Shown piece after piece: positions 41,491 through 54,300 of a stretch of DNA of 64,000 nt. The translations under genes and the position numbers were made by a program. Source of the stretch: Yuukianura sp. NJ FZ-2021. Its lineage: Eukaryota. Under the pieces are notes generated by a model. That model ran no database searches, was not told the origin of the DNA, and saw only the letters and a list, made by a program, of their open reading frames with translations. Position 1 is the stretch's first letter, and each line of letters begins with the position of its first letter. Location of the stretch: contig CM102286.1 in the NCBI GenBank assembly GCA_046563655.1, forward strand, positions 13,702,001 to 13,766,000, in the 5' to 3' direction.

Positions 41491-44400
41491 AGTTTAGTTG
41501 CAAAAAATGAAAAATTTTCTGTTCCGAAGTTCCAAGAAGAAATTCCAAGTTTAAAAGTTAAAGTTGAAATTTCAAAATTTCAAATTGTTAACTTGAGTGA
41601 GCTGATGACAGGAAATATGACGTTTCAAAATTAACCCTTTGTGTTTAATTTATTTTTGTTTGACTTTGGATTAATCCTAGCCAGCGACAACCTCGTACGC
41701 TGGAGGGATCATCGCCTCGTGCGCTCTACACGAAGCGTCTTCCAGGATTCGAAGTCTTCTGGATGAGCATGAGGGTGTCCCAATTTATTCTGGACGGACG
41801 GTCGTTCGTGTCCAAAAACCGAATTTTCCCTCCCTTTGTCGTGGCTTTCTGGTTCAGTGAAGAATGGAGAGGGCACTTTCTTTACAAAAAAGAAGTTTGT
41901 GTCCAGCTTAGAAAAACTTGTGTATTTCTGTTTGGCATCCAACTTTCTCCCGCGTCTTGAAAAAAGAGAAAGTCAGAGTCCATTTTCTGGATATAAAGAT
42001 TCCATTTTGTTCAGACACACAAAAACTTCACTTTTTCTTCTTTTTTGATATTTGGAGGTTCAAAAAGAGAAGGAAAAGGTCACAAAGCGTGACCAAATAT
42101 TTATTGATGGAAAGCGTTAACGCTGTCCGCTGGTAGGAAAAAAAGTAACGTTGCGGAGCGTGCACTTGACAGGGCAAAGTATAATACGAACCGAATTTAT
42201 TAATCTTCCTATTCCACGGATTTTACGGACACACCATTCACCAGTACCGTCCATCTCAACAAAAATTGTCAACGGATAAGCTTGTCGGACGAACAGACAT
42301 ACAGCATTTCAAAACAAAATTTCAATTTTCTACAAATTTTTACAAAATTTCCTGTAAAATTGTAACTCACAGAAAATCTTTCTTAATTTCGACGTCAACA
42401 AAAAAGTCACAAAAAAACAAAAAATTGTGAAGCCAAAAATCACAAGTTTCTTCCGTTAAAGTTTCTTCAAGTTGAATGTTTTGCGCGTTAAAAATTTTCG
42501 CATCAACATCAACAAAGTTTGTCGAATTCAAATTTTTAGAAATTCAATCTTCTTCGCAACGCTTTCCACAAATATCTAAGAATATTAAAACATTGTAAAA
42601 TTTTGGAAATTTTTCCAAAAAATTGACGAATTCGTGGAAATCTTTTAAAATTCACTAAATTTTCGTATCGTCGATACCTTATTCAGTACTAAAAATTGTA
42701 AATTGAGTGTTGTGTGTCAGTTGCACAAAAAATTAATTATGAATGCATGGGCCTGTGTGTTTTTGGTGAGTAGGAAGATGTGTGTTTCGGTGTGTATTTG
42801 CTGAAGGTGTGTTCTTAAAATAGTTTGAGTGACTGCACAGAAGCTCAAGTCTTCTTCTTCAATTCTTTTAGTCACGATGTGTGTAAATGAAGAGGAGACT
42901 TGAAATGGTGAAGTTAGTGGAGGGTATTGTCCCTGTGTACACAATTCCAAGGAATTCCATACCGTGTGTCTCTGCATCTAAGTATTAAGTGTACAAGTTT
43001 AAATACAAGACAATTCAAATACTTTGGACAGAGATGCAAGTCACGCCAATTTCCAACCCACGCCATCACAACTCAACGGAGCCAACTTTCAAACAAGACA
43101 AGCCATGTCCTACTCCTGGGATTCGCCGTTTACTTTGTCTTTTACTAAAGGTTGGGAGGAAAATGTCTATAATGCACAGGATTCTGTTGTAACAAAGTAG
43201 GACCTGCGTGGGAGGCCGTGTATTTGATCATCATCATCATCGCTGATCATCACTCTGATCATCACTAGTCATCATCACTTAACTCAATAAAAATTCATCA
43301 TCACTCTAAAAGTAACCAACAACGTTGCAAAAATTTAACAAAATTTACTCATGGAGATTCTGCGCGATGAGTAAAAGTTGTCGTTTTTTCAAAATTCTTT
43401 TTTTTAATGCTGTTTTTTTTTATTATTTTGAAAGACGTGGCTGCCTTATACAGCTCAATATAATTTTCCATTCAAAAAATAATAAGACCGGCGTGCTGCT
43501 TGGTGGTGTGTTGTTTTCAAATTGGAAAATTCAGTTTTCTAATGAATAGAAAATTGAGCAAAAAGGGGGAAGTGGAGGGAAGATTTGAATTCTTTAGTCA
43601 AAAGCCAAAGTTACTCCCGCCATATTCCACTTTTGTGAATTCCTATTTCAATTCTAATGTTTTTTTAAATCCATTTGTCTTGTTTCGTGGAAGCAGAGGG
43701 AAAGTTCCCTTTTCATAAAGTCACGTAGACAGACGCACACGAAAACACTTGAAAGCAAGGGCAACTTCAATCTAACCAAAAATCATGCTTCCACCACCGA
43801 AGATCAGCCTTTGACCTGTCACCGAATTTCCACAACAACCAACATGTCAATTTTCAAAAAATATATTTCGAAAACTTTTTTTGAACATTCTACACTAACT
43901 GACAGTTCTCAAGTACTTCAAAGTTGAAAGAAGTTAGTTCTCGGAGTTCTTAAATTTCAGAAACTCAAATTTCAAAATATTTCAACTTTTGAATTTTTGA
44001 AACTTTCGATTAACTTTTGCCTCTACCTGGGCTTAAACTCATCAAATCAAAGTTTAACATTCCAGTTGCAGTTGAACGTTTGTGAAATTATTGGATTTGT
44101 GAAAGATTAGTTTTCTGGAAGAGTGACGACGCACATGTCAGAGTGCTAGTTAGGTTAGTTTTACTTTGATCCGGGAGTTTTTGAAAACTCCCGGATAAAA
44201 TTTAATACGATATGGAGAGGGGGATCCAGTTACCTGCAACTTGGCTCCGGTCGTTTTCAATTTGTAATAAAGCATGACTAAAGTGAGCTTAATTTGTTTC
44301 AGGAATTTAGCTCGTTTGAAATCTCTTATCCAACACAATCAGCCAACTACGCGGGAACTGGAAGATCAGAATTCAAATCTACCCGGGAGTTTCCATGGCA

Positions 44401-45292
44401 GCGGGAGAAAGTGAAATCCAAGAGCATACGTCCAACTTTTTTTGGAATTGGATTATTTCCCGCTTTAGTTTCTACCAGACAGGCAAAAAAAATTCCAATA
44501 TAAAAGTTTTTTTTTTCGGTCAGGTGAGAGTTTGTCTTTCGTTAGAGTTGAACTGCAGAGAAAGCGGAGAAAGTTTGCAAACGGAATGAGGAAGAAAATT
44601 CTTTTTCAGAGGTGAATTCAATAAAACCGAAAACGGGAAGAATTCCGGGCGACTCGGATGAGGTTGAGGTTGGCGTTTCCCGGGTGAAAGTTTGATGAAG
44701 GAGAAAGCAGCTTTAATTCAACCTACTTCAAACTAGTAGGTTGCCTAGGTTATGTTAGACTGGAGAGGTTACGTTGTGCTGGCTGCTGGGAGATGCTGCA
44801 TGTGCTTGTATTTCATTGGAGCTTCTCTGCTTTCACTACTTTCTCCATTGTCACGGCTTTAAATTGCATTTTGAAAAGGTGCGCGGTTACATTCCGAATA
44901 CTAATTGGGCAAAGGCAAACTTTTAGACACGACAATAAGGAATTTCTCTTGTTTCTTTTGACAAAAAAATGAAGGAAATTTTAAAAAGTTAAGGAGTTTC
45001 GTCGTAGAAAGCGCCAAACGGCTAGCGCAAGACAGGAAATTTAAAATACAAAAAAATGTGTGAAATAAAATTAAAGTTTGAAATTGTAGGAGAAGTGGAA
45101 CAAACTTTGCTAATTTAAGTTTAAGCACAATTTGAAAAAATGAAATTTTGAGTTTCAACTTTTTGCCAATTGAAATTTTGTTTTATTAGTTAATTATTGA
45201 ATTCCTCTAATGGTCCAGATAAATTTGTGTTTTGGAAACAAGTTTCGGAAAATGTTGAGTTTTGTATTTGAAATGTTTGGGAGACTAGTAAA

Positions 45293-46212
45293 TTACTTAC
45301 GCTTGTTAAACTCTTTATCAAAATCGTTGCTTTCGAAATCTTGCTCCAAAGATTCATCTTCATCTTGACGTTTCGTCAAATCTTTGGCGTCAAAATCCTG
45401 CTCCAAATCTTGTTCAAAAGAATCACTATCCCAAGCGTCGTCTTCATCTTGACGTTTCGTCAAATCTTTTGCGTCAAGATCTTGGTCAAGGTCTTTCTCT
45501 GCAGAGTTGTCCTCCGACCAATCATCTTCGTCTTGACGTTTAGTCAAATCTTTAGCGTCAAAATCCTGCTCAAAATCTTCTTCAGAAGAATCGTTTTCCG
45601 AAGCGTCATCTTCATCTTGACGTTTCGCCAAATCTTTGACGTCAAAATCGTCTTCGTCTTGACGTTTCGTCAAATCTTTGACGTCAAAATCGTCTTCATC
45701 TTGACGTTTCGCCAGATCTTTGACGTCAAAATCGTCTTCGTCTTGACGTTTTGTCAAATCTTTGGCGTCAAAATCTTGTTCGGAATCTTCTTCCCAAGCG
45801 TCGTCTTCCTCTTGACGTTTAGTCAAATCCTTTGCGTCAAAATCATCTGCGTCATCCTCATCTTGACGTTTCTTTCGTTCAGCAAAATCGTCTCCATCTT
45901 GGTCTTGGTCAAAATCCTCCTCCAAGTCAGTGTCGAAATCTCTTCTATCTGCTTCTAGCAAGTCATCAAACACCGAGCGCTTGTAGATGTCATTAAATGT
46001 TTGACGTTTTGACACTTCCTTTGCATCGAAAGCCAACGGAAGCCCAATTGCCACTGAAATACAAATATTAAAGCTCCCGTTTAAAATTTCCTGACCTTTG
46101 ACCTCTCCGCTAAAATTTTGTCCTCAAATGTATGTAGCCAAAAATTCGGCCAATATGTCCAACGCTTACCGCCAATTCCTCCTGCCAGGCAAAGGAAAAT
46201 GAACACCTTCAT
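45293..46212 (-). CDS. Orphan secreted precursor of tandem acidic peptides separated by KR dibasic sites (prohormone/Kex2-type repeat precursor), 2 exons
   Basis: Exon 1 46212-46170 (MKVFIFLCLAGGIG, donor G|gtaagc) and exon 2 46053-45293 (acceptor tttcag|TG; VAIGLPLAFDAKEVSKR…). The join gives an in-frame signal peptide. There are 12 KR sites, with repeats KR-Q(D/E)ED…(F/L)D(A/V)KDL(T/A)-KR. AATAAA lies ~110 nt after the stop. Confidence 0.85.
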
Positions 46213-48454
46213 TTTTCAAATTTCCAAATTTTTTTGAAAAACTTTTCTAATCAACTGTACACTTCAACTGTGAAATTCCTACTGCCAGTAACTGACTTTT
46301 TCCTTAACTTTTGTTTTTAAAAACCACAAAATCCGGGAAACAACCCAATGAAAAATTTTGTTTCTCGTGATTTCCTGGATATTGTAGTGGCAAAACCACT
46401 TTTAAGAACAAAAAATGCAAATTTCCTTCAAATTTTTTGGTAATGCCTAACTAATGCCTAACTTAAATATAAAAACTATCACCGTTTGCAATACTCAGTT
46501 ACTTATCTTATCTTTTGTCCCGACTTATTCAAGAATTCAATAATGTTTTGCCACTTGAACGATTATGAAATGCTGACCCCCACGTCAGCTCTAGTTGACG
46601 AAAAACAAATTCATGGCCTACTTTAAAAAAAACATCGATTTTTTCAAATTTTGAACAAACCTCATAGTAGTATTATCCAATGCCTTTCCATTAGAAGCCC
46701 AACGGTGTGGCTATGACCTCCAAAATTTTGACACTTTTGACGTGTACTCTATCAAATCCTTCCTGTTTCTTACTCTACGCTGCCATTTTGGAAAACGAAA
46801 AACATTTCTTTTCCATTATTTTTTTTTCAAAAACTGAAAGAAGACAGTGGGTGTGTTTCCCTTTTGAATTTTTGAAATTCGTTTTTGTAAAATTAACTAC
46901 AAAAGAGAAGTAGAGAGTTGCTGTCAGAGCATTTTGCTGAAGTCGAACATTTTGTGTCTTTTCGGATGCATTTGACACTTTTCCTTCTCAAGTATTTTCT
47001 CCACTTTTCTCCCAAGTTTTTGTCTAATTGGGGGAACTGTGTGATGAATCAATAGAGTTGTTGGCAGTTAGTAACAATGTTACAAGGGAAAAATATCATT
47101 CCAAAATGAAAAAAGTGAAAAAATGGAAAGAATGACAAATTTATTTGAAGAGGGGAGGGGAAAACTCGCTTGGGATCTTGCGTTGAAGTGGAAAAGAAAA
47201 TATAATTCTCCATTCGAGGAGGTTAGAGTCCTAGCTTTTATGACAAACCTTCTACAATCTATGTCGTAAGCCTCAAAAATTGCAATTGGCATTAAAATCA
47301 CAAAAAAAATTGTTACAGAGTTAAGTTAAATTTTTTATATGTTTATATGTAGTGTTTCAAGTTCTATAAAAAGCCAAATTCTGGAAGAATTTTAGTAGAA
47401 GTAACAGCAATTTATTTGATGACGCCGAGTAAAAAATGTTTCTGTTTACCTACCCTAAAACCCTACGTTGAAAACTGAAAGAAAAAAAAAGTAAGGAGAA
47501 AGCACTCGAAATTTATTGAAAGTATTGAATTTTCAAGTGTCACGGCATTGTCGTATTCTCTTTTCTCCAAAATTTTCTTGTAATTTCTCAATTTTTACAG
47601 TTCGTCAATTCCAAAGAATTCATAAACGAATTTTGCATTTGTCAACTGGAACTATAAAAGCAAAAGTTTTAACTACTATTATCTAATTTTTTTAAATGTC
47701 GTCTAAAGCAATGCTTGTTGTTTTTTTCATTCTCACTTCCTACTTTTTTCGCTGATTTTTGAAATGTTTTTCAGTTCCTTCGGCAAAGCATTGGTATTGG
47801 TGTAGGGGTACCAAAAATTTCATTTTTGTTGTCTTTTGTTTTTGGAAAGTCGTTTTAAAAAATTTGCTGATGCTTATTAGAAAACATGCCCTAATTGATA
47901 CAGATTTGTGAAAATGAGCCAGTACTACTGGAAGTACTGTGTGGCCCAGTTGATGGCCCTTTAGGTAGGCTGAATGATACTCTTGGGTGTCACTTGATGG
48001 ATACTCCACAGTTGTGGATGGATCTTCAGCACCTCCGAAGAGTATCATTCAAGGGACACTGGAGCATACTTCCACTACTGCAACAAATTCAAAATACAAG
48101 GCCCGCCTTTTACCCCCAAAGTAATTTAAGAGGGTTATAAACAGTCCCTTGGAAGGAGGGGGCCCTTCAAGTCTTCCCGCGCTCTCCTTTGAATCCAATC
48201 CAATGATATGATGGTTCAAGACGATAATGAGTCCAGTGATACTTGAACACAAAGTCAAGGCTCCTCCAGCCATAAGTGTTCTCAGCCCAAGTCCTCAGGC
48301 ACAATCGCCCTTAAGCAGCTACTTCATTCCAAACACTTTCAAAACATAAGCTAACAAGGGAGGAACTATTGGAACAAGTGATTTGTTTCATGAAATGAGT
48401 AAAACTAATTTAAACATAACCGAATTTCATGTTAGCTCAATAAAGTAAAAACTA

Positions 48455-48680
48455 ACCTGATCAGTAATACATGATCAGTGATAAGCTGATCAGAAATTAC
48501 TGATCAATTATACCAAAACTCTGATCAATAACGTAAAAATCAGTAATCAGAAAAAAACTGGATCAGAAATGCCTGATGAGCAAAACTCTGATCAGTAAAG
48601 TGAAAATCAGTAATCAGCAAAAACTGATCAGTAAATGCATGATCGGTAAAAGCGTGATCGGCAAGACGTGATCAGTAAAT
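48455..48680. repeat. Tandem repeat rich in palindromic TGATCA (CTGATCAGTAA units)
   Basis: More than 10 tgatca/taatca units. Confidence 0.8.
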
Positions 48681-51003
48681 GAGGCCTAACTTGAAGGAAT
48701 GTGTTTCCCATGCTCTTATCAGCTTTTCGCATCTTTTCTCAACTGTATCAGACACAAATCAGTCTTTTGTTGCTGATCAAAGGAAGATCTGCGGTTGAGA
48801 TTAGGTTAGGCTAAACCTAACTTTAATACAAAAACAGACCAGGGAGGGTCCGATGTGATGTTGATCCTGTCACTGTCCGCAAAGCCCGGAGGCACATTCC
48901 CACATCCTTGGCTGACTTCCTAAACCTGCCCTTAAGGGTACCTTTAATCTCTGAAATCCAATTCCCTTTGTTGTTTGAACAACAATTAGTTTAAAATTTC
49001 CCAGATTTCAGTGATTAGTAAAAGTAAAAGTAAAAAGTACTTGAGACATTCCCCATTCAGAACTTGGTGCGTGGAACTAATGATCTTGAGTTTGTTAGCA
49101 GGAGGGCCCCGCGTATTTTCAAATTCTCCAATGCAGAACAATGGCTATTAAGGATAGTACCTCAGTCGAGAGCCTTCCACAAGAAAAAAGAGTGTAGAAA
49201 AAGCGAAAGTCTCTCGTCAAGTGGGTTTTTGACAATTGTGGAAAGAGTGCTTCAAATTTTATGGGACACCGTTGGAAAAAGTCCTTCTGAATTTGAAGAT
49301 TCCCTCTGATCAGCTCTACTACAAATTGTTCAGTTTTTAGAAAGAATGGAATAAAGAATAATAGAAACGAAGCCACTCATGACCAAACTCTCTTTCTGCA
49401 GCACTGCAGAAGTTAAAAAAAGTTATAGGACAAATGATTTTCTGGAGGGACTTAGGAGGACCCTTAGCCAGTTGAAGTAGATCACACTTAAAGGGAGACA
49501 AAGGGTCACAGAATAGAATAATCCAATCCAAACTAATTCACTACGTTAGGTTTAAGTTAGGGTATGGAACTGTATAGCTCCAGGAAACAACGACTCACTT
49601 CCAGAGTCCTTAACTTCCTGGAAATTCCAGGAATCAAGCCTTCCAGAAAATCCAAAATTCACATAAAAAGTCAACCGACGCTGAAACTACTTTCAGCCCT
49701 CAAGCGATTTTCGTAAACTGCTGACCTGAATCCGGAAACTGCAAATTTCCAAACCTTGAATACAAATTAACATTAAAACGAACTAAAAGTAGACAATTTT
49801 TGGAAATTTAGAAAAATTCTCAACTCATTTCTCAACTTTACACAAAATTGACAAATTTTGGACAAAAACTGTTTTTGAAAAATTTCAGTGTACTGAAACT
49901 GTTGCCGGGCTAAAATCTGCAGAAGAGAAAGTTGCAGAGTGATTTCTCTTTTTTGAAAAACTTTTTCTTTTGCGAAAATGGTTTAGAAAAATTTGAAAAT
50001 TTTTGCCGCTTGCCGCTTTCGAACTGAAGTTGTTACGATTGCTTTCAGAGTAAAAAAAAAAGTTGGTGAGTGACATTTTATTTTTGTGTTTCGTAAAATA
50101 TAATTTCGTTTTTTATTTATTTACTTTTTGTGCAATAAAAGCCCCCTCCTTTTCCCCTGTCACCACTTTGGTACTTCTGCCAAAAATTTTGTTAGGTTTC
50201 ACCACGTACCAAAAACGCACACTGTGATATTGTTCTGGTTAGGTTTTTGGTAACGTTAGGTTCTTCGTGTTATCCAATGCATAATCCCATAGTAAGTTCC
50301 AAGTTGAACAAAATTACTTTCAGAAACTCCGCCGAAAGTTTCATTCCGTATTCCAGGAGCACTACTGTGTGCCATCTCAAGAGGCCCTTCAAGTACCCCG
50401 AAAATTCATACAAAAGAGATATCAAGGACCTCAGCAGCCCCAGCACACAGTTACGACGAGGGCAGAGGTTCGAAACCCACAGGCTGCAATGCTGCTGAAA
50501 AAGTTATATGTCGAAACAACTTTAGTTTCGAACCGAACTGTATGAAACTCCGAAATTTCGGTTTTTACCGTTCCAGCCAAAACTTTGCTACGACATAACA
50601 TAGAAAATTTCTTGCTGAGCTTTCCAATATTGTACTTTACCACCACCAACCACTTTCCTCTCTCTCTTTGCATCCATTTCAAAATTTTGAGAATGGATAC
50701 TTGAGAAAATATGCCTTGCTGGCTACGACGACCAACACAATTGAATCAAGAGGATTTTCATTCAATGCTTAAAGGTTTCCAAGCATCAGCACAATGACAA
50801 AATATCTTTTGCTAAAATGTAACTGCCAAAAAATTCTATTCTTTTCATCATCATCACGACGACGAACGACGCACACCGTCGAGCTACATTAGACAAAATG
50901 AAAAAAATCCACTTCAAAATGCTTCTCGTTGGACTTTTTTTTTCAAAACGGGCTCCCTTCGCTCATTCCAAAATCCAAGTAGATACTTGAGAGCAAATAA
51001 AAA

Positions 51004-51009
51004 TTTATT
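51004..51009 (-). terminator. Putative polyadenylation signal of XRN2
   Basis: AATAAA on the minus strand ~310 nt after the stop at 51317. Confidence 0.5.
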
Positions 51010-51316
51010 TCAATAATAAACACTTTAAACTACTACCAACTTATGAGCTCTGTCCCTCGTCGTTAATAATAATAAAAATAGTCAATCATTACTAAACAAC
51101 AGAGTTCTAAAGTTCTCAACTTTTGAATTTTAGCATTCATGCAAGCAAGTTGATTGGGTGACTCAATATGTTGAGAACAAGCGCTGATTGGTCGACTCAA
51201 TTTTGATCATAGACCTTGTTAATTTATAAATGTGCATACTAAATAAATCCAACTCTTAAAAATTTTGAAATCTAAAACTCCGATCTTGTATCAATTTTCA
51301 ATTTTTGTGGGTTCTT

Positions 51317-54300
51317 TCAGTATCTCCCGCCACTGTTTGTGTAATACCCGGGATTTTGGGGGCGGCCACGCCCTCCCCCACGGGGAGTCGAAAAATTGTT
51401 CCAACTGCTGCCGTGATTCCGGTTGTCATGGTTTCCTCCTTGGTTACGGTTGTCTTGGTACCCGAAACTTGACGACTGCCGGGGCGATGGCGAGTAGAAT
51501 CCACTTCCTCGTGGTGGGTAACTGCAAAAACCAAAATAAAATGTTAAGTTTTTCCAACATTTTGTGAAAATTCTAACGTTCAAATTCCTGCCAAGATTTC
51601 TGTCACCTCTAATCCCTCATCACTCAATCAATAGCAGAAAAAGGAAGTTGTGAGCATCAAGTGCACAATATTCCATGGATTGGGATTTAGCGACACACCA
51701 CCACCATCGATATTAACTCAAAATGCATCCCTACCCTAACAAATACGTTTACTCTACGCCTTAACTAACGTCTCCAGTTTTACTATTTACAGAAGAGCTA
51801 AAAGCACTCCCTCTGCCCAACAGTCGTGTCATAATACTTCCCTTGTCTACTTTTGGATTAAACACCTCCCCTAACCTCTTCAAACTTCAAGCATATTCCA
51901 ATATTCCACTATTCCATTCCTCAATATTCCGAAAAACTATTCAAATCCAACCGTTATCAACTCCAACGTCTTTGAAACCAAAATTTCCAACATTTCTAAA
52001 AAAAAAACCATTGCTACTTTTCGTCTTTGGGACATTTGTCGGTTTGAAAATTTTCTTCGCTCCAAAGTTGCAAAAAACAACACCTCTGAATTTGAATTCT
52101 GCTCATTCTAAATTTGAAATTGGCGTAGACTTTTTCTACTTTTTAGTAAAATTCATGACATTTTGAGTTTACCTGCTTCCATATCCGCCTCCACTACCAC
52201 CACGTCCGCCCGAGTAAGAGTTGCCACCACTACCAACATATCCATGTCCAGAGTCGTAACGATTTCCGCCTCCACTGCTGTAACCTCCTCTCTGGTTATA
52301 CCCGCCTCCACCATAGTTACTTCCTCCACCTAAAACAAAACAAAAAGTTACATTCAAAAAAGTGGCAATTCACTTCCTCTAGCCACCAGTTTTTCACTTT
52401 TTTTTTTGTTACTAAAGTCTTCCGTGAGAAAATGGAGCCAAGGAAGCTTGAGAAATTGAAGCCGGGAATTAAAATTAAACCTTTATTAAGTGGCGGGAAA
52501 AAGTCAAGAAAAAAGAGAAAGCAAACAGACTCTCCCCCACCACTCTCTTAACAAGACTTTTCAACTTTCGAGTCAGAAACAAAAACACAGTTAGTCAATT
52601 TCACAAAAACCGCAATCAAACTTTCCAATTTCAAAATTAAAATGTTTTTCTAAAATCAACTTCCCATTTTCACAACTTAGAACTTAAATTAGAAAATCAC
52701 AAACTTTCTTTCAAACAAACCAAATTTGTGAGCACTCAAACAATTTCCAACCCTAAAATTGTCATTCCTCATTTTGATTCAAATTGTTGAATGAGTCCAA
52801 ATTTCAATTTACAAAATTTCATTAAATTCAAAGTCCAAAAGGAAGGAAGAAGAAAGAAAATGGAAAATGATGACAAAAGTTGAAAAGTAAATAAATAAAT
52901 GGTGTGCTGCTTTTCCATTTACTTTCTCCAATTCCAGTTGAAAGGGAAAGCTAACGATATTACATTCTTCCCTCAGCACCAGCCCCAAACTTCCTTGTGC
53001 AAACTTATTTTGTTAGTAGAAAGTCATAGACATCCAATGCATAGCCTCTTGCCCTTCACTTTCTTCATCACAAAACGACTCTCCTTGTACTTTATTGTTT
53101 GCCAAACTTCTACTTCTGTCATCATCATGCCGTAGTGACTGGGATGGACCAAATCCTGACGATGGCACACGCTCCTCACTCCCTTCTCTACACAATAATA
53201 ACAAGACAGTTGAAGAGGTCGGACGACCAACTTTCACTTCCACTTTCTCCAATAACTCAAACTTTCAGCACAAAAAAAAAGTTAAGCTACACATTTTTTA
53301 ACTTTTTCTCAAACTAACGTGCCAATGAATTCAGAAAATTTTCTGAAATTTTCGAAAAGTCATAATCGCAGAACATCAAGAGATTGTTGTCCTTTAAGCT
53401 TCCAATTAATTTTGAAAACTGCGGATTTCAAAAATCAGTAACAAAACAACAGGAAATGATGAATCCACTTGAAACTTTTCTGTTCCAATTAAAAAGTTAA
53501 GAAGATCAGGGAAGAAGATACCTGGAACCAACATGGCGGAAATTTTCAAAATTCAAATCCTCAAAGTTTCCGTGCTTCTTCCTACTTTAATTTCAAATCC
53601 ACTCCAATTTGAAAACAAATCTCCCAATTAGTTCTGCTCAATTTTGAAAAACCAAAAGAATTATAAAATCTGCTTGCCTCAATTTCCAAAAAAAAAAAAA
53701 TTTTTTTTGAAGAAACCAAACCCATTTCTTCAATTTGAACCTGCGGATTTCTGCTCTAAAAAAACCCTTAAAAAAATTTTTTTTTCCACTGGCTTTAAAA
53801 TAAAAACTTTTTTTTGCTTCCAAACTTTTCAACTCTTTTCCTTCTTCAACTTTACTTTTAAAAAATGTTTTAAAAATGAACTCTCAACGGTTTATTCCAG
53901 TCGATGGAGTCCATTCGACAGAAGATAGTTTGAACAACGGATTGTATCGGTTTCAAAACCCCCCAAAAACTATTATACCCTTAAGCTCCTCCTCCAAAGC
54001 CATCCTGAGTCCCTGAACAGATGAAGATGGAACAACTTTTGGCAGATCTTTACACAGAATCCTCATCACTTTCTACATGGATAACAATAGAAAAAAGTGA
54101 AAAGCCTCAAAATCCCTCATAACCTAACCCTAAAAACTTATATCCTAAGCCTAGTTTCCACTTAAGCACAAAAGAACTTTAAAAGTTGAGGCCCTTTAGC
54201 GGGTAACAAAGCCCTTAGAAGATTCGGGGACTTAAGGGCCTATGTTTTGATAAGGGTGTGAGTTCTTGTTGTGCCCTCTGCTCTGTCTAGTTCCTCCCTC

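Noticed and set aside
45293..45305. Possible extra 3' exon of the peptide precursor via donor C|gtaagt at the end of the ORF
   Set aside because: An in-frame stop follows immediately and AATAAA lies ~110 nt downstream; no convincing downstream exon, though it cannot be fully excluded
45341..45958. 205-aa hydrophobic repetitive ORF on the + strand
   Set aside because: Antisense shadow of the acidic repeat gene; no ATG start or splice support
52973..53070. Possible box C/D snoRNA in the XRN2 intron (GTGATGA…CTGA on the minus strand)
   Set aside because: No terminal stem and no recognisable rRNA guide; such boxes occur by chance
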